Source: Squalus acanthias (Eukaryota). From it: a stretch of 64,000 bases of DNA. Below the pieces are notes generated by a model. It was not told where the DNA came from and did no database searches. It worked only from the letters and a program-made list of their open reading frames with translations. The stretch spans positions 1,054,001-1,118,000 of the forward strand of contig JASTWF010000048.1 of the NCBI GenBank assembly GCA_030390025.1, written 5' to 3'. Shown here in pieces: positions 59,384 to 64,000 of this stretch. The position numbers and the translations under genes are program-made. How positions within the stretch are numbered: position 1 is the first letter of the stretch; each line of letters begins with the position of its first letter.

Positions 59384-59422
59384 GGTTTTTGTTGAGCTCC
59401 TCCATCTATCTGAGTCACTGTG
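59384..59422 (-). other. 23-RSS of V-A2 (consensus)
   Basis: CACAGTG-23-ACAAAAACC. Confidence 0.97.
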
Positions 59423-59721
59423 CAAACTCCAGGCGCAATAATACACGGCCGAGTGATTCGCCCGCAGACTGGTGGACTCCAGGTAGAAGTGGGTATCGTC
59501 GGGTCTCCTGGCGGTGAATCCATCCACCTCACCAGAGGGAGTGACCACTGTGAGGACGTTAGAATAGAAAAGGTTTTCAGGCTCCCTGTTGGAATTCCAG
59601 CGGTACCAGTAGAAATAGCTTAAACCTGTGGCTTTTGTGTAAAGGCACTCGATGCGAACTGGCGTGCCCGGAGCATTGGATATGGAAGGGGGAGTCTGTT
59701 CGATCAGAGCGGCTCGCACAT
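59423..59721 (-). CDS. TRBV: V segment A2 (family A), V exon, apparently intact
   Basis: DVRAALIEQTPP..IECLY..YFYWYRW..LFYS..GFTARRPDDTHFYL..AVYYCAWSL; open frame, cag acceptor. Confidence 0.95.
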
Positions 59722-60285
59722 CTGTAAAACAGAGAAAGAGAGAGATTGATAGATTAAACAAGGGAGACATTGCATGCAGACAACCACCATGAAGGGTCAG
59801 AGCAGGGGAGAGAGAAAGTGAGAGCGAGAGGGGGCGAGAGAGGCAGAGAGACACAGCGAGATGGAGAGAGAGCCAGAGGCAAGGACAGAGAGAGAATGAG
59901 ATACAGAAGGTAAACGAGGGAAAATCTACACATCGACAGAGGACGAGAAGGAGCACACGAGGAGAGAGCGGTAGAAAAGAGAAAGAAAGAAAGAGAGGCA
60001 CAAAGACAGAGAGACATAGAGACAATGAGAGAAAGACTCACAAAGAGAGAGAGTGAGACACAAGGAAATATAAACGGACAGGCCGTAAGACAGACTGAGA
60101 GAGATACAGCGTCAGAGAGAGAGAGTGCGGCAGAGAGAGTGAGAGGCAGAGAGATGGAGACAGACAGACAGAGAGCAATATATAAACGGAGGTAGAGAGA
60201 ATCTACACCCGCCCGCGGTGTGAAGTGACACATGGGGAAATAAAAGTGAGGGTCGCTGGAATCTCACAGCCCAGCTCCACCTTAC

Positions 60286-60328
60286 CCGTTAACACCAGCA
60301 ACACAACCCAGAGCTGAGACGCAGCCAT
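60286..60328 (-). CDS. TRBV: Leader exon of V-A2 (MAASQLWVVLLVLT)
   Basis: ATG, gtaag donor, phase 1, 43 nt. Confidence 0.9.
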
Positions 60329-60362
60329 CTCTGGGGGTAGAAATATCCGAGTGTTTATGGTG

Positions 60363-60372
60363 TGAAATCACT
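60363..60372 (-). promoter_or_regulatory. Variant V-beta decamer AGTGATTTCA
   Basis: Same position as the A1 decamer; one mismatch to AGTGAYRTCA. Confidence 0.55.
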
Positions 60373-60719
60373 GGGCCGTTTTATTGTAGAATATCTCAAA
60401 GTCTGGGCACTGCGTGGAATTTACTCTCCCATCCTCTCCAATGTAAACATTTTCGGATGGGAGGGGCCAATTTCTCTTCACTTGTTCATTGACTCCCACA
60501 TCGGGCTGGTCATTTCCGGGGCGGTGCTAATGAGGAACCCGGGTAATCGGCGGCCTGTCTCCTCCCTTTGATGACGGAGTCGGGCGTCCTTTATACCTGC
60601 AACAACCCCGAGGTGTCATCTGAGATGCCACTGATGGTGAGGGATTGAGAAAAGGGAGTTATACTGTCTGTCTGACTCATTCTGTGGAATTAAACTGCAT
60701 CGAATCAGTGAGTGACGAT

Positions 60720-61525
60720 CTTTATTCTGTATCTAACCAGGGAGTGAGGGACTTTACTCTGAGTCTAACCATTGAGACAATGGCTTTACTTGGTATCTAA
60801 TCCTTGAGTGATGGACTTTTCTCTGTATCTAACCAGTGATTGATGGGCTTCACACTGTATCTGACCAGTATATGATGGGATTCACTCTGTAACTAATAAA
60901 TAATTGATGGTCTTTAGTCTGTATCTAACCACTGGTTCATGGGCTTTAGTCTGTATCTAAGTAATGAATCATGGACATTCCTCTGTATCTAACTAATGGT
61001 TCATGGGCTTTACTCTGCATCCAACTAATGGATAACAGGGCTTTAATTTGTATCTCACCAATAAACGATGTGCTTCACTCTGTAAAATCATTGATTCATG
61101 GGCTCTATTCTGTATCTAATCCCTGTATCAATCAGGGCTGCCCATGTATCTAACCCGGGCTCTGACTTATCAAACCGTGTTGACCGGATATCTAACACGT
61201 GCTGCCCATGTAGTTAAGCAGTTCCGTTCCTGTATATATCCTGTAATGTCCGTGCTTCTAACCAGTGCTGTCCCTGTATCTAACGTGTGCTTTCCCTCTA
61301 TCTAGCTTGTGCTGTCCCTGTAACTAATCCATGCAACCCATATATTTAATCAGTCCAGTCACTGTACCTATCCCGTACTGTCCCTGCAACTAATGCGTGC
61401 TGTCCCTCTATCTAACGCGTGCTATCACTGCATCTTACCCGTGTTGTCCCAGTATGAAACCGGTACTGTCCCTGTATCTAACCCGAAATGACGTACTGTC
61501 CTGTATCTAACCTGTGCTGTCCCTT
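60720..61525. repeat. Degenerate ctgtatctaacc-core minisatellites (~22 and ~32 nt units)
   Basis: A shorter paralogous array lies at 53190-53440. Confidence 0.8.
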
Positions 61526-61631
61526 CTCACCCACCAAACACGCCCCTGCCGCCACCCTCCGCCGCTGGATTGACTCCACCCCCAGTAATGCAGCGACTGG
61601 TGCGGTCCTCAGCCCCGTGCTCTGCTGCACT

Positions 61632-62083
61632 GGATTTTGTTGCATCGCCCCGGCTCCTTGTGTCACTGTGGAGTCGCCTGGTGCGTTATTACATCCGTAT
61701 GATCCACTCGCAGGCGGGCCGTTTGCTTGTGGAATGTGGAGTCTTCGGGTCTAGAGGCGGTGAAGCCGTCTAGCTCTCCCGCCGGCTCGATGCTGTCGGA
61801 GATGCGAGAGTAAAAGAGCAGCAAGAGCTTTCCGTCTGGGAGCTGGCGGTACCAGGACAACTCTGACTTGAATAAACGGCTCTGCAGCGGCGAGTGCAGG
61901 GAATCGGAGATTACAGGCGGACTTTGCTGAACTTTGCCGCTCGCTAAACATGCGAATTGGAGGAAAATAATTTGGTTAAAGCAGGGGGCCGTTGACATTC
62001 GGAGCCAACCCGCATCCAAGTAATGCTGAGGGAGACTCACTGTGCAACAGCAGCGCAGAAACAAGATATCGGGTTAAATAGCA
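61632..62083 (-). pseudogene. TRBV: V segment B2 (family B) pseudogene; RSS 61632-61670, V exon ~61671-61949, leader 62041-62083
   Basis: ATG lost, acceptor AG changed to AT, ~15-nt deletion removing the first Cys, YYC destroyed; RSS CACAGTG-23-ACAAAATCC retained. Confidence 0.92.
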
Positions 62084-63301
62084 GTTTGATTAACAGTTTG
62101 CAGAAGAGAATAAGACCGGGATTTTGTAAAAATCTGTTATCCCGGCGCGTTTTGACGACTTTATTTAACTGCAGTTCTGTTTGATTGACAGCTGCTGGCC
62201 GCTCACTCCAGGCCCCGCCACTTACAGTCTGATTGACAGCTGTCGATATAACCCCGCCCGCTCCCAGCTTCTCTCGACTCTTCACGGAACTGAAGTCCCG
62301 CATCCCTGCTACCATTCTGGTAAATCTCCCCTGCAAGCTCTGTCTGGCCTTGACATCCTTACTAAGGTGCGTTGCCCATGATTGGGCACAATTTTCTAGC
62401 TGAGGCTGGAGAAACACGTTTTTCACTTGTTGAACACTAAAACAAAACGGATAATGGTGTGAGGAGGTTGTTGTTCAATTCGATTCTGACACGGCACCAG
62501 AAATAAAACAGTAAATTGAACAAAATTGAACATGCATCGTGGGGTCATAATGTGATCCGGCGGCTGCTGGATTAGCAAACAGTTCCGGTTCAGTCTTAAA
62601 TCCACTTCAATTTGATTGGCATAATGTCAGAGCCGGAAGTTGCATCAAACAGTTGCAATCGCCTCGAGAGCAACTAAACACAATTCGCAGCAAATAAATT
62701 ATATTGTGCTACAGAATTCACCATTTAATTTTGATGGTGTTTGAATCGATACAGAATTATCCTTCTTCCTCTCTGCCTTTGATTCTTTCTTTCTTTCTTT
62801 TTTCTATGTTTCTGTTTGTTNNNNNNNNNNNNNNNNNNNNNNNNNNNNNNNNNNNNNNNNNNNNNNNNNNNNNNNNNNNNNNNNNNNNNNNNNNNNNNNN
62901 NNNNNNNNNNNNNNNNNNNNNNNNNNNNNNNNNNNNNNNNNNNNNNNNNNNNNNNNNNNNNNNNNNNNNNNNNNNNNNNNNNNNNNNNNNNNNCTCATAG
63001 TTTCTTTCTGCTTGTCTTTCATTCTTTGTCTTTCTCTTTCTCTCTTTCTTTATTACATTTTTGTCATTATTTCTTACTTGCTTTCTTTCCGAGGCTCCTT
63101 GTGATATGGCAGTAATGGTGCGGTTGTTAAACAACTTCTTTCTCCCTCTCTTTCTATCGCTCTCTTTCAATCTCTGTTTCTCTTTGACTATCTTGTTGTC
63201 TTTATTTACTGCTTTCATTCCACTGGTCCCTTTACATTCTTTCTCATTTTGTCATTAAAGTTGCCTTCTTATCGACTCCCTTCTCTTCCTTCATAAATTA
63301 A

Positions 63302-63517
63302 TGTGAGAAGTCGCACAACACCAGGTTATAGTCCAACAAGTTTATTTGAAATCACAAACTTTCGGAGCGCTGCTCCTTCGTCAGGTGAAGTCCCGTCGAA
63401 GGAGCAGCGTTCCGAAAGCTTGTGATTTCAAATAAACCTGTTGGACTATAACCTGGTGTTGTGCGACTTCTCACATTTGTCCACCCCAGTCCAACACCGG
63501 CATCTCCACATCATGGA
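63302..63517. mobile_element. Palindromic Penelope-derived insertion with a hammerhead on the minus strand (63352-63388)
   Basis: Same family as the 37391 element; 12-bp TSD TTCATAAATTAA. Confidence 0.85.
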
Positions 63518-63529
63518 TTCATAAATTAA

Positions 63530-64000
63530 CAACAACAACTTGCATTTATATAGCAACTTTAACATAGTAAAACGTCCCAAGGCTTTTCACAGGAGAGTTA
63601 TCTAAAAAAATTGACACCGAGCCACTTTAGGAGATATTAGGGCAGATGAACAAAAGTTTGGTTAAAGAGCCAGGTTTTGATGAGCATCTTAAAGGAGCAA
63701 TGAGGTGTAGAGAGGCGGAGAGGCTTAGCGAGAGAATTCAAGAGCTTATTGCCTCGGCAGCTGAAGGCACGGCCGCCAATGGTGGAGCAATTAAAATTCG
63801 GGGATGCGGAACAGCCCAGAATTGCAGGAACACAGATATCTCGTACGGTTGTGGAGGAGGTTTCAGAGAGGGTGGGTCGAAGCCTCGGAGGGACTTGAAA
63901 GCAAGCATGAGAATTTTAAAATGGAGTCGTTGATCAATCGGGAGCCAATGTAGGTCAGCGAGCGCAGGAGTGATGGGTGAACGGGGCTTGGTACGAGTTA
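63530..64000 (-). mobile_element. L2-type LINE 3' fragment
   Basis: Homologous to 8660-9600; (aac)n tail. Confidence 0.8.

Noticed and set aside
53564-59540. Recent gene conversion between family A and B FR3
   Set aside because: Protein similarity comes with many synonymous differences, which fits old divergence under selection
51647-62083. NAR-TCR, IgH V or TCR delta/gamma identity for the V genes
   Set aside because: The single GGGACAG D with 12/23 RSSs, the C domain, the 18-nt hinge exon and the TM motif are TCR beta; the Vs have their own leaders and 23-RSSs, with no doubled VDJ-V arrangement

Overview
Eukaryotic genomic DNA from a cartilaginous fish (shark-type CR1 LINEs, V-SINE, Deu-SINE and Penelope repeats). 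It contains the 3' end of a T-cell receptor beta (TRB) locus on the minus strand. In transcription order (high to low coordinates) there are five V segments (two apparently intact, three pseudogenes), four of them in a duplicated ~8 kb cassette. These are followed by one D (GGGACAGCAACAAC, with 12- and 23-RSS), four J segments with 12-RSSs, a 19.4 kb J-C intron and a four-exon C gene spread over 14.6 kb. Most remaining sequence is transposon-derived: two uninterrupted CR1 ORF2s, many CR1/L2 fragments, SINEs, a solo LTR, and Penelope fragments carrying minimal hammerhead ribozymes. Most notable: (1) the D-proximal V genes resemble mammalian TRBV30/Trbv31 but lie upstream in direct orientation, only 6.6 kb from D, with no trypsinogen genes between; (2) motif-level candidates for a mammal-like control set: V-beta promoter decamer, CTCF site 2 kb upstream of D, AP-1 motifs in RSSs, and an ETS-RUNX composite 3' of C; (3) reciprocal pseudogenisation of the duplicated V cassette; (4) palindromic hammerhead-bearing Penelope insertions with stem covariation. 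I see no wholly new gene system. Regulatory calls are motif-based inference only, and comparisons to mammalian sequences are from memory rather than from a run search.
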